From: an uncultured Phycisphaeraceae bacterium
Lineage (GTDB): Bacteria; Planctomycetota; Phycisphaerae; UBA1845
Reading direction: 5' to 3'
Assembly: GCA_964405925.1 (NCBI GenBank)
Contig: CAYOQG010000003.1
Coordinates: forward strand, 1-54,957
Length of the DNA: 54,957 bases
In this document: piece after piece, positions 18,647-28,019 of the stretch
Layout: every line of letters starts with the position of its first letter
How positions within the stretch are numbered: position 1 is the stretch's first letter
Position numbers and translations under genes: made by a program
The notes under the pieces: model-generated
Told to the model about the DNA's origin: nothing
Seen by the model: the letters and a program-made list of their open reading frames with translations, nothing else
Database searches by the model: none

Positions 18647-20608
18647 TCAACCTTGTGTGCTTTGCTCCGACGGATGCAGCTCCCGCCAGACCCTCTCTAT
18701 GATTTCGCTTCCCTTCCGGCCCAGTGTTCCGGGTCTCGGTGGAAGCAAGCGGGTGTTTACAGCCTCATATTCGATCTCGGGACCGTCGGGTGTGTGGCGA
18801 GCCACGGTCGTTCTCAGCCATTTTTCGTTGTTCGCCTCGAACGCCCGGCACCAGGCCTCAGCCCGGTGACGCATCGTCGCCGGATCATCGGCGTCCGGTA
18901 AGGGCACTTCGCATTCCGGTTTGAAGTGGGTGCCGCGACATTCACCACGCAATAAAGCGCCCTTGGCGATAACCTTGGCAAGCGTAAGCATGTCGCCAAG
19001 TGTCCGGACAAAAATCAGATTCTGATTGAGCCAGTCCGACCTGTCTGAAAGGGTCACCCTCTCGTATCGCTCTTTCAGCTCGTCGATCTTCTCGAGGGTC
19101 ACACCAATGTCTTTGTCCCTCCGAACTGCCATAAGACTCTTGGTCATCGAATCTGCCAGTTCCCGGTGCAGTTCGTACGGATTCTCACCACCCTCGTTGC
19201 CCACGAGCTCACGCAGCCGCTTGGCATGGGGCGTGACAGCGTTATCAAACAGTGAGACCGGTTGATCCTCGGCGCTTCCGAAGGGAAGGGCTTGGACCCA
19301 ATTCACCACACTAGGTGCCACAATCAATCCGGAAAAGAGACTGCTCAAAAGCCCATTCCCGCTGAGGCGGCTGGCGCCGTGGTATTGGTAGTCCGCCTCA
19401 CCGACGACAAAGACACCCGGGACATTGCTATGGTGATTCCGCGTCGAACCGACAACGAGTCCCCCGGTTTCGCTCCTCTGCTCAAAGTCCGCCCACAGCC
19501 CGCCCAGAGAAGCATGGACACTCGGATAGACTTTCATGGGTTCAACATGTGGGTCGATACCCGTGGACTTTTGATAGACCTCCAGAAATCCATCCAGCTT
19601 GTCCAGCGTCTCCAGTGGCAAATCCGTGACATCAAGGTAAACGCAGGGGCGATCTCGATCCGCGCTTAAACCGCCCTTGACGCAAACGTCCACAAGTTCC
19701 CGCGTTGCGACGTCATCTGCAACAAGGTTGCCATACGCAGGGTAGCGCTCTTCGAGAAAGTAGTATCGATCGGTCGGTGGTATGGATGCCGGGTGGCGGT
19801 CATCCTGTGGGTTGCGCGGGACCCAAATGCGACCACCCTCACTGCGCACGCACTTGCTTACCACGCGGGCCTTGTCGGCACTCGGGACAGTTGTCGGGTG
19901 GAACTGGATGAATTCACCGTTGGCATAGTGGACACCATCTCTGTACGCTCGGGCGGCAGCGCTGCCGGTGGAAACGGTCGACGTCGCGTGATGGGCAAAG
20001 ATAGCCCCGCATCCACCGGTAGCCAGGATCACTGCATCGGCGGCGAAAGGCCGAATCTCCATGCTCACCAGGTCCTGCCCGACGACGCCACGGCAGTGAC
20101 CCTGGGCATCAAGAATCAAGCCGAGGAACTCCCACCTCTCAAACTTCTCGACCAGTCCTTCGACCTCCCACCGACGAACCTGCTCGTCGAGTGCGTAAAG
20201 CGTATGTTGCCCTGTGCCAGCGCCGGCGCAGACTACCCGAGCGAAGTGCTCGCCACCCAGACACCTTCGATCAACCAGACCCTCCGCCGTGCGGTCGAAG
20301 GAGACACCCAGTCGATCAAGCAGGTCTACGATCCGAGGACCCCAGGCACACATCTCCTTCACTGGGGGTTGATGTTGGAGAAACGCCCCCGTGCAGACGG
20401 TGTCCTCAAAGTGACTCCACTCGCTGTCACCGCGCTGTTTACCGAGGGCATTGACCGCATTGATGCCATCTTGGGCGCAGACGCTGGGCGATCGCCTGAC
20501 CGGAACCGCACTGATGAGGTAGATGCGGAGGCCGGCCTCGGCGAGTTTCATGGTGGTAGCGAGTCCAGCCACGCCACCACCCACAACGACCACATGCTGC
20601 TCTGCCAT
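18647..20608 (-). CDS. sdhA: SdhA/FrdA-family flavoprotein (Bacillus-type) with non-canonical active-site residues
   Basis: GGGVAG FAD loop, LATGG, EFIQFHPT, YFLEERYPAYGNL, HGASRL, ECRGTHFKP. Located between sdhC and sdhB homologues. Confidence 0.85.
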   Translation of the reverse strand: MAEQHVVVVGGGVAGLATTMKLAEAGLRIYLISAVPVRRSPSVCAQDGINAVNALGKQRGDSEWSHFEDTVCTGAFLQHQPPVKEMCAWGPRIVDLLDRLGVSFDRTAEGLVDRRCLGGEHFARVVCAGAGTGQHTLYALDEQVRRWEVEGLVEKFERWEFLGLILDAQGHCRGVVGQDLVSMEIRPFAADAVILATGGCGAIFAHHATSTVSTGSAAARAYRDGVHYANGEFIQFHPTTVPSADKARVVSKCVRSEGGRIWVPRNPQDDRHPASIPPTDRYYFLEERYPAYGNLVADDVATRELVDVCVKGGLSADRDRPCVYLDVTDLPLETLDKLDGFLEVYQKSTGIDPHVEPMKVYPSVHASLGGLWADFEQRSETGGLVVGSTRNHHSNVPGVFVVGEADYQYHGASRLSGNGLLSSLFSGLIVAPSVVNWVQALPFGSAEDQPVSLFDNAVTPHAKRLRELVGNEGGENPYELHRELADSMTKSLMAVRRDKDIGVTLEKIDELKERYERVTLSDRSDWLNQNLIFVRTLGDMLTLAKVIAKGALLRGECRGTHFKPECEVPLPDADDPATMRHRAEAWCRAFEANNEKWLRTTVARHTPDGPEIEYEAVNTRLLPPRPGTLGRKGSEIIERVWRELHPSEQSTQG

Positions 20609-20631
20609 AGTTGACCTACCGAGACGATTTT

Positions 20632-21411
20632 CTAGATGGTGCCCTCCTGTACACCATCACCGAACACGTACGACGCCGTGCTAGGTAGTTTCACCCGGTC
20701 ATTGTCTGCGACCCCGGTCCTCGCCGTGTCCAGGTCGAGCGTAGCGAGACCCCATACCGCCGCCAACCCCACGATGGCCAACACGATCCCGAAGACGGCG
20801 CAGACATAACCGCACGCGCGTTGCGTCCGCGGACGAATCGTAATGCCCCAGGTAATCAAAGCCGTCCAAACACCTGTAGCCAGATGGTAAACAGCCGCAA
20901 TCACGCCAATTGTATATACCGGTGGAACCAACCAGCTTGATTGGATGACGGCGGCGGTCGTACCAGGTGCCTCCAGCGGGTCAAAAACACCACCGCCGAG
21001 GGCCTTACCCAACCAGTGCATCTGCCAGAGGTGAAACAGGATGAACGCGAACGTGACGATCCCGGCCACCCGCTGAAGAACGAAGCGGATGTTGCCTGCG
21101 TAGTGGTACAAGTGGACGTTGACCTCGCCGCAGTACGTGATCTGGAGCCCCAACAAGGCGTGGAAAGCCAGCGGGATGAGGATGCCGAAAACCTCGACGG
21201 GGACCAGCAGCGATCCCAGCCCCTGAACAAGGTCGACGGTCCTCTGGTAGTCCACGCCTGGCTGGCCGGGAGCCAAAATGCTGGCATCAAGCAGCAGATG
21301 CAAACACAGAAACACGCCCACAGGGACGAGCCCGGTTAGCGAATGCAATCGGCGAATGAGGAAGTAGTGTGTGGCGCCGAAGCTTGCACGTTTGGGCAGA
21401 TGATCTGCCAC
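20632..21411 (-). CDS. sdhC: Di-heme cytochrome b558 membrane anchor (Bacillus-type SdhC)
   Basis: RRLHSLTGLVPVG, five hydrophobic helices, His ligands in HLLLD, FHALLG, FHLWQ and YHLATG, plus LITWGIT. Confidence 0.92.
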   Translation of the reverse strand: MADHLPKRASFGATHYFLIRRLHSLTGLVPVGVFLCLHLLLDASILAPGQPGVDYQRTVDLVQGLGSLLVPVEVFGILIPLAFHALLGLQITYCGEVNVHLYHYAGNIRFVLQRVAGIVTFAFILFHLWQMHWLGKALGGGVFDPLEAPGTTAAVIQSSWLVPPVYTIGVIAAVYHLATGVWTALITWGITIRPRTQRACGYVCAVFGIVLAIVGLAAVWGLATLDLDTARTGVADNDRVKLPSTASYVFGDGVQEGTI

Positions 21412-21516
21412 CTTGGCTTCCCCATTGTGGACGGTTAGCGAAACAGCTCGCTGTTGCTACCGCGTTTCAACAGGTTAGCACGGTGCGGCCCCAGCGTAGC
21501 CGGTGTATGGCGACGG

Positions 21517-21544
21517 ATTATAAGCCGCGGTTGACACCGGGCAA
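21517..21544 (-). promoter_or_regulatory. Putative sigma70 promoter of the sdhCAB-like operon
   Basis: TTGCCC-N16-TATAAT on the minus strand. Confidence 0.5.
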
Positions 21545-21688
21545 CCGGTGTTCCAAGGTCAGGACCCTCCGCGCGGTGGTCGCACGCGGTTCCCAGGCGA
21601 TGATCATCCAGACGGCTTGACCGCCGCAAAGGCGCGAAATACCCTACCGGTTTGACTGGTAAGTCCTGTGTTACGCACACATAATCCC

Positions 21689-22222
21689 ATGACGAAGTGC
21701 GGCCTGCCCAGTCCCGGGGCGCCGAAGCCGGGAGCTACCTTCCACCCCTTGGGGCCGCTCATTTTCCGCGTCGCCGCACGACGACCGGTCAGGGCCCGTG
21801 TGGCCGCCGGTGGTGTCTTCCTCGGATGTGCGACCTTGCTGATCGCTGCGAGCCAACTTCAGCCCGATAGCGCCGGTTTTGGATCGCATCAGCAGCTTGG
21901 CCTACCGCCATGTAGCCTGCTGGTCGTCGTCGGGTATCCCTGTCCAACGTGCGGCATGACTACGGCCTTCGCCCACGCCGTGCGTGGTCAGTTTGTGTCC
22001 GCCTTTCATGCCCAGCCGGCGGGCCTCGCCCTTGTGATCGGAACGGTCGCGGCAGCCTCCCTCGCCTTAAGTACTTTATTGACCGGTCGAGTCTGGGCGG
22101 TTAACTGGTACCGTGTTTCACCCACCTGGGTGGTGTTCGGCGTCGTGCTTCTTGTTATCGGCGGGTGGGTTTATAAGCTCGTTATGGGGATTGTGTCAGG
22201 GACCCTGCCGGTTACGAGGTAA
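21689..22222 (+). CDS. DUF2752 family membrane protein
   Basis: GSHQQLGLPPC......GYPCPTCGMTTAF motif and three TM segments. Confidence 0.88.
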   Translation: MTKCGLPSPGAPKPGATFHPLGPLIFRVAARRPVRARVAAGGVFLGCATLLIAASQLQPDSAGFGSHQQLGLPPCSLLVVVGYPCPTCGMTTAFAHAVRGQFVSAFHAQPAGLALVIGTVAAASLALSTLLTGRVWAVNWYRVSPTWVVFGVVLLVIGGWVYKLVMGIVSGTLPVTR

Positions 22223-22259
22223 TCATCGTTAGCAACATAACAGATTGGAGACACTTTTG

Positions 22260-22898
22260 ATGCGACCGGCGCACTTTCGGTGGACGTTCCTTGTTGTTCT
22301 ACCCTTCATCGTTTCATGTGCATGGCTCACGCCATTCGTGTTTGTTGGCGAACACAGGAAGAAGGTGATGCCGGAGTTTGACAAGCTGCACGAGAGCCGC
22401 GTCGCGATCCTCGTCTGGACCGATCCGTCAACACTCTTCGACTATCAACACGCCCGCCTCGAGCTGGCCACCTATGTGAGTGACAAGCTTCACGCCGAGA
22501 TGGCACAGCGGCGGCTCAACACCACCGTGGTCGATCCACGCGACGTGGAAGATCTGCTGCAAAAAAACGTCGATGCCCGGGTGGATCCACAGGCGGTCGG
22601 TCGAGCCTTCGACGCAGACTATGTTATTTATCTGGAAATCGTGAAGTTCCAGATTCGCGATCCCGACCAACCGCAGTTCTTGCAGGGACGAATTTACGCG
22701 TCAGTGTCGGTGCATGACATCCGTGCGGCCGAGGGCCAGCTCCGGCGGTTCGAGCTCACGCCGGTAGAGTGCGTCTATCCGGAAGGTGCGCCGGTTCTGT
22801 TAAGCGCGACCAACTCACCGTTGGTCCGCGAGGCCACCTATCGGAAGTTCGCGGAGTTGGTAGCGAGGAAGTTCTATGAGCACACCGTCGAGATGTAG
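22260..22898 (+). CDS. Putative lipoprotein (CsgG/TolB-N-like alpha/beta fold)
   Basis: GGAG RBS, signal ending IVSC, RVAILV...GRAFDADYVIYLEI...LQGRI pattern, ending ARKFYEH. Confidence 0.7.
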   Translation: MRPAHFRWTFLVVLPFIVSCAWLTPFVFVGEHRKKVMPEFDKLHESRVAILVWTDPSTLFDYQHARLELATYVSDKLHAEMAQRRLNTTVVDPRDVEDLLQKNVDARVDPQAVGRAFDADYVIYLEIVKFQIRDPDQPQFLQGRIYASVSVHDIRAAEGQLRRFELTPVECVYPEGAPVLLSATNSPLVREATYRKFAELVARKFYEHTVEM

Positions 22899-22974
22899 AC
22901 GAGCCACTGAAGGTGCAACCCCCGGCCGCAGGCAAAAACAGTCCCGACCTTGTTGGGGGCCTGCGCGGATTGCC

Positions 22975-23706
22975 ATGCGTGGGCGGCGTGTCGTTCGGCG
23001 AGATGGCTGCGGATTTTCAAATTCGTACGTATGTAATCTTGCATCCTGGACCGTCGCCATCACGCTCGTTAGCCTGCCGCTGCCCGGATGCGGCTACAGT
23101 CAGGGCGAGCTACTCTACTTCCTCGGTGTCGGGCGGGGCCAGAAGGTGGAAGCGAAGTTCCGCCTCACCGGCGGCCCGGTTATGATTCTCATCGATGACC
23201 CATCGGAACGCGTCGACTGGCCCGCTGCAAAGCAATACCTGTTTGACGATCTGGCTCAGGAGCTTCTCAAAAACAAGGCAGCCAAGAAGATCATCCCCCG
23301 ACAGACCGTCGAGCATCTTCGACAATCGATCCCCGATTTCGAGAAACGCGGGTGCCGTGAGATGGGAGAGCGCGCCGATGCCGACCGGGTGCTATGGATT
23401 CAGGTTCAGGATTTCCTGGCCGACCAGAACATCCAGGATCCTTCCGTCGCCGCCTACTTCGGCGTCACCGTGAAAGTCATCAACGCCGCCGAGAGTGAGA
23501 GTCGATCGCGTGTGCGTCTATGGCCTGCCAGTCCACGAGGTCATTTTGTCACCGTCAGCATGGGCGGCACTGAGGTGGCCATTGCGAAGACCAAAGACGC
23601 GATCTCGAAAGAGCTGGTTGCTCGGTTAGCCGTCGATATTGCCAAGCTCTTCTACGATCACCGTTTAGGCGACTTCGAACGTGAGAAACCAGCCCAAGGC
23701 CGGTGA
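22975..23706 (+). CDS. Putative lipoprotein, paralog of the upstream gene
   Basis: Lipobox LPGC, VMILID...GERADADRVLWIQV, ending IAKLFYDH. Start uncertain. Confidence 0.7.
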   Translation: MRGRRVVRRDGCGFSNSYVCNLASWTVAITLVSLPLPGCGYSQGELLYFLGVGRGQKVEAKFRLTGGPVMILIDDPSERVDWPAAKQYLFDDLAQELLKNKAAKKIIPRQTVEHLRQSIPDFEKRGCREMGERADADRVLWIQVQDFLADQNIQDPSVAAYFGVTVKVINAAESESRSRVRLWPASPRGHFVTVSMGGTEVAIAKTKDAISKELVARLAVDIAKLFYDHRLGDFEREKPAQGR

Positions 23707-23814
23707 TGCCTTGCACATTTGCCCGGCAGCAAGCCGCGGACGCAATGGACCCCGACGTTTTTGGGGGCCTGCGCGGAACGGCACTGCAATCAAGACTGAT
23801 ATGCTGAACCGTCC

Positions 23815-24957
23815 ATGATGCACATCTGTCACTTTTTTGATCGTTCGGCAGGCTGGGAACAGCGTGTCGGCCTCTGCCAACTGCTCGATCGATTGCCGGC
23901 CGATCAATACGAAAACCACCTCGCAGCGATTCATGGCAGCCCGCGAACCTCGCTTGGTTTCTTGGACCGTGCGATCGACGTTCTGCCTCACTTGGCGGAT
24001 TCCGCAGCCTTCAGTGGCCCCGCGGTCTCCCGATTCGTCGCAAAACGGAAGATCGATCTGATTCACGCCTGGGGTGTCGAGGCTGCCGCGGCTGCTCAAT
24101 CGGTCTCCGATACGCCGCTGCTACTTCAAATCTACGATCCCCTCGTCGCCACATGCGAGGTCAGACGGCTTCGAGCACTCGCCCACCGGCGGTGGGGCGG
24201 CTGCCTCCCCGCCGGGTTCGCCGTGGCATGCAACTGCGAGGTCGTTCGCCGACGTTTAGTCGAAGGGGGATTCCCGCAAGACCTTACCGTCGTGATACGA
24301 CCGGCTGTTGACTTTTCCGTCATCAACACGGCTCGTGGCGGTTCGCTCCGTGAGGATCTCGCTCTCACTTGGAACGATCACGTCGTTATCGTGCCTGAGC
24401 CCGTCTCGCGGGCAGCAGGGTCCCTCAAGGCTGTCTATGCCGTTTGCCTCCGCAATCACTTGAGCGGTGGTCTGCGCGTCATTGTTCCCGGCCATTCCCC
24501 TGAGCGGCGGCGGATCGAGCGCTTTGTCGCTAGGCTCCCTGTTTCAAGCCCGCTTGTGACAATATCGAGTCATATACCTTTCGAGCAATTGGTCAGCATT
24601 TCCGACACCATGCTGATCACGCCTTTGCGTGATATATCAACGACATCAATCGCTTGGGCCATGGCTGCGGGCGTGACCGTGATCGGAACCGCCACCTACG
24701 CAGTCTCGGAGATGATCGCCAACAAGGTCAACGGTTTGCTATTCAAGCACGGGCCCGACCGAGCGATGGCCGCCTCGCTCTCGAAGTTCCTGCAAGATCG
24801 CACGCGATATGAAGAAGTGAGACAAACCGCCCGCAGCCAGGCCTACGAAGTCTTCGGCCTCCGCCGCTACGTCGAGCAGACCGTGCAGCTCTATGACAAT
24901 TTGCTTTCCAGTCGATCAGCTGACCACGGTATCAGCGATTCGGCAATCGATGTGTGA
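23815..24957 (+). CDS. GT-B fold glycosyltransferase family 4-like protein
   Basis: DLIHAW, VIRPAVDF, AMAAGVTVIGT, EMIANKVNGLL. Confidence 0.8.
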   Translation: MMHICHFFDRSAGWEQRVGLCQLLDRLPADQYENHLAAIHGSPRTSLGFLDRAIDVLPHLADSAAFSGPAVSRFVAKRKIDLIHAWGVEAAAAAQSVSDTPLLLQIYDPLVATCEVRRLRALAHRRWGGCLPAGFAVACNCEVVRRRLVEGGFPQDLTVVIRPAVDFSVINTARGGSLREDLALTWNDHVVIVPEPVSRAAGSLKAVYAVCLRNHLSGGLRVIVPGHSPERRRIERFVARLPVSSPLVTISSHIPFEQLVSISDTMLITPLRDISTTSIAWAMAAGVTVIGTATYAVSEMIANKVNGLLFKHGPDRAMAASLSKFLQDRTRYEEVRQTARSQAYEVFGLRRYVEQTVQLYDNLLSSRSADHGISDSAIDV

Positions 24958-25013
24958 CGTTCTCGTCGCGGTGGATGGGCCGAGGCGGTGCTGGGACCTT
25001 CCGGCAATGCGTT

Positions 25014-26831
25014 TTACCACCCCACTGGTCCGTACTGACCGACGCAGTGATGCCCGATCTCTTGGCACGTGAAGATCCCGAACCACGCGCCTCCTTCTTG
25101 AGCGCAGCACGCCTGCGATGTATCGACGCATGTTGCATCCGGGAGGCAACAAGCTCTCTCGGGAGTACATCCCGTGCTCGGGCCGACGAAGGTTGCCCCT
25201 TCTGCCACACGACAGGCTTCGTTCAACTGCGCGCAGGTTGCATTGTCCAAACAGCAAGCGCCGCCTTCACATCCAACACCATCCCCGCCGAACACTCCGC
25301 CGGCTTGATCGCAGCACACGTCAGACATCGCAACGCACGAATCATCGGTCATGCAGCACCCTCCGACGGAGTCTTCGCACTCGTCCGGTATCATGTTGCC
25401 GTCCAAGTCGTCGCTTGTCCCTGATGCGATATCGCAGATGTCCTGCACGCTATTGGGTTGACAGTCTTCTTGAGGTTCGCACTCATCGGGAATATCGTTG
25501 AGGTTACGGTCGCTGCTCTGTCCGCACCCGGGAACGTCGCACGCACCACCGGGCGATCCGCAATTGATATCGCACCCATCAGCTATATCGTTCACGTTGC
25601 AATCGGCGCATACACCGGTCGGGTTCTCCAAAGCGTTCTGCAAGAAACGATTATCGAGCGCAGTGCCAATGTTGTACCCAAGTGTATCGCATGGACCGTG
25701 TGTATGGATCGCGTACACGAGCCCACGACACTCGTGTTCGACCGGTGATCCCGAGTTCCCGCCCTCCGTGTCGATGTCGTAATGTACTTCACCATTCCCG
25801 CCACCGACGTAGATTCCTTTCCCCGTTTGCTGTCGTCCACTATACGACGGATTGTCATCGTCGAATCCGTAACCGGTCATTGCCAACACCGTGTCGTCGG
25901 CATCGGGTACATCTGTCTTTGGAAGGCGATAAAACGCACCGTTCTGCCCTTCCAGCGGGGTATCATGTACCCAGTTTCCACGAACACCGAGAACGCACCA
26001 GTCATTCCCGGGCCCGCTGTCCTGGTAATGGCTCTGGGGCACGGATTCCTCATCGACCGGATACTGATCGCGGGGGGCAAAGTCGTTGAACTGCACGACC
26101 GCCGGAAACACCGGCATCCCTTCACAGTCTTCCCAATTGATCGCTGCGCAGCAGTGCCCGGCGGTCAGGAGCCAGTTCGGCCGCCCGTCGATCAGGAACG
26201 CTGTGCACGTCTCGAGAATCTCACATGCCGAGTCGATGAACAGTCGCATTCGTCCCGTGCGTGGATCGTCCGACGGTTGGCGATCGTCCGTCCCACATAT
26301 GCTCTTGAGCCCGCTGCCGGGATCATCCGTTCCGGTGACGATCCAGTCGACAATCACCCTGTTGCCGCCCGTATTCCTGTAAGCGAGCAGTTCCAACAGG
26401 ACCGAATCGCCGTTGAAAAACGCCGTCGTGTTGCGCCAATCACCCAACCCGCGCGAGTCCAGGAGCTGGAAGTCTGCATCTTCCTGCGACGTAATGCTGA
26501 GGTATGACTCGTTCCCAGCGGTCGCTGAGCCACTCAATTGCACGCTCGAGAAGTGCAGGCGCATCCAAGGCACCCCTTCGACCGCAATGATCTGCGAATA
26601 TACAACCACTGGTTCCTCGCCCTGTCCAGTGGCCGACACGACCCCTGAGTCGATATCAACTTCGTGTCTGTCAATGGAATTGTACCCTGGCATGGGCACT
26701 GGGTCGCCAAACCCCGCGTCTTCGAGCGTGGCTGCCATCAGCAATGCCAATGCCCAGTGCGACATGACCCACCAAGCATCCCTCGCGCAAATGGTTCCAG
26801 ACTGGATCCGCATTGATAGGAGCCTCATCAT
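25014..26831 (-). CDS. Secreted trypsin-like (S1) serine protease with Cys-rich C-terminal repeats
   Basis: Triad motifs LTAGHC, GNDW, DTEGGNSGSP. DCNxNxIxDxC repeats and three GxCC/RACC repeats. Strong GGAGG RBS. Confidence 0.9.
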   Translation of the reverse strand: MMRLLSMRIQSGTICARDAWWVMSHWALALLMAATLEDAGFGDPVPMPGYNSIDRHEVDIDSGVVSATGQGEEPVVVYSQIIAVEGVPWMRLHFSSVQLSGSATAGNESYLSITSQEDADFQLLDSRGLGDWRNTTAFFNGDSVLLELLAYRNTGGNRVIVDWIVTGTDDPGSGLKSICGTDDRQPSDDPRTGRMRLFIDSACEILETCTAFLIDGRPNWLLTAGHCCAAINWEDCEGMPVFPAVVQFNDFAPRDQYPVDEESVPQSHYQDSGPGNDWCVLGVRGNWVHDTPLEGQNGAFYRLPKTDVPDADDTVLAMTGYGFDDDNPSYSGRQQTGKGIYVGGGNGEVHYDIDTEGGNSGSPVEHECRGLVYAIHTHGPCDTLGYNIGTALDNRFLQNALENPTGVCADCNVNDIADGCDINCGSPGGACDVPGCGQSSDRNLNDIPDECEPQEDCQPNSVQDICDIASGTSDDLDGNMIPDECEDSVGGCCMTDDSCVAMSDVCCDQAGGVFGGDGVGCEGGACCLDNATCAQLNEACRVAEGATFVGPSTGCTPERACCLPDATCVDTSQACCAQEGGAWFGIFTCQEIGHHCVGQYGPVGW

Positions 26832-26861
26832 CCCTCCTTCCTCCGTTGCTGCCCTCTACGC

Positions 26862-27572
26862 CTAAGCCGACCCTGGATTCCGTTTTGCCAATAACGATCC
26901 AACGGTCAACAAGAGCAAGCCCATTACCACCAGCCCCCACTCGGATACGGTCGGGATCGGGACCCCGAGGCTTTCCAACCCCAGTCTCGACCCGGCAATC
27001 TCCCCGGTGAACGCACGCCATGTGAATTGGGGGTAATCAGGCTCGGCTCGGTGTGTTCGGATTTCAGCGCCGAATGCCTCGCTTGGATCATCAGCGTTCA
27101 GAACGTCCACGTTGTAGACCCCGGGCGCCCGTGGAATCACCACGTCGATGGCCCCAATGTGAACAGACTCCTCCGGCGAAAGCTCCAGGAAGAAGGGGGC
27201 GCACCCGCAGTCCACAAAATTCGCGATCCACGGAACCGGCAGACTCGGATAATGAAAATCGTCGTAGTAGTATCCCCCGTAGGGGAACGCGCTGAAGTCG
27301 AACGTGAACCACGGAGCGAGCGTTATCTCTGGATCAGTATCCGAGAAATCGAATTGAATCAACTCGAGCAGGACGTCGATCGTCGCCTCGCTGTGCAGCC
27401 AAACATGGATGGTCAGTTCCTCCCCACCCACGTAGGGGCCAGCGTGTTGCGGTACAAGCCCAACCCGTACCGCAACCTCCGCCTTGGCACCTGACACTAT
27501 CATGCCAAGGAAAAGGCCGATCATAACGCGCCGAATGATCTTCATCAAGCTCGATCGCGTGAAAGGGTCCAT
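26862..27572 (-). CDS. Secreted protein with IPTL-CTERM sorting signal (possible cohesin-like beta-sandwich)
   Basis: Signal peptide ...SGAKA. C-terminal IPTVSEWGLVVMGLLLLTVGSLLAKR. GGGAGG RBS. Confidence 0.85.
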   Translation of the reverse strand: MDPFTRSSLMKIIRRVMIGLFLGMIVSGAKAEVAVRVGLVPQHAGPYVGGEELTIHVWLHSEATIDVLLELIQFDFSDTDPEITLAPWFTFDFSAFPYGGYYYDDFHYPSLPVPWIANFVDCGCAPFFLELSPEESVHIGAIDVVIPRAPGVYNVDVLNADDPSEAFGAEIRTHRAEPDYPQFTWRAFTGEIAGSRLGLESLGVPIPTVSEWGLVVMGLLLLTVGSLLAKRNPGSA

Positions 27573-27623
27573 GATAAGCCTCCCACGGCTGACTTCGCTC
27601 AACGCAGAGTTGCCACTTTCAGC

Positions 27624-27652
27624 ATGGTAACGCCCCAGCCCTCAGGCGCCAA
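27624..27652 (-). promoter_or_regulatory. Putative sigma70 promoter for the IPTL-CTERM gene
   Basis: TTGGCG-N17-TACCAT. Confidence 0.35.
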
Positions 27653-27874
27653 GACAAGTTTTTGCTCTTTTTTTTGGCGCCGGTAAAGGAGTGCGGCAAG
27701 CAAGGAGCCTGGAGGCGGATATCCCCCGGAATACCGCGATCCCAGGGCTAGGACAACCGATGGCACTGCGTTTCACCCTTCACCCCTCGATTCAGAAGGG
27801 TGACGCGCGCACATTCGGAGCGAAGGTCGTAGATCCGGTCTTAGGCGGAATCGGACACCTGCCAGATGTTTCGC

Positions 27875-27904
27875 TTGCATGGGTACACCTACACCGGGTA
27901 GAAT
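27875..27904 (+). promoter_or_regulatory. Putative sigma70 promoter for the Asp-box protein
   Basis: TTGCAT-N18-TAGAAT. Confidence 0.5.
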
Positions 27905-28019
27905 CGCGATTGCAGACATAGGGAGCCGTTAATGTGGGCGAACGAAGACCACACCGAGCTCAACGTTGGGTTGAGCGGAGAGAATGCTCCCTCAATCCTG
28001 TCTTCGCGGCGGAAGAAGG

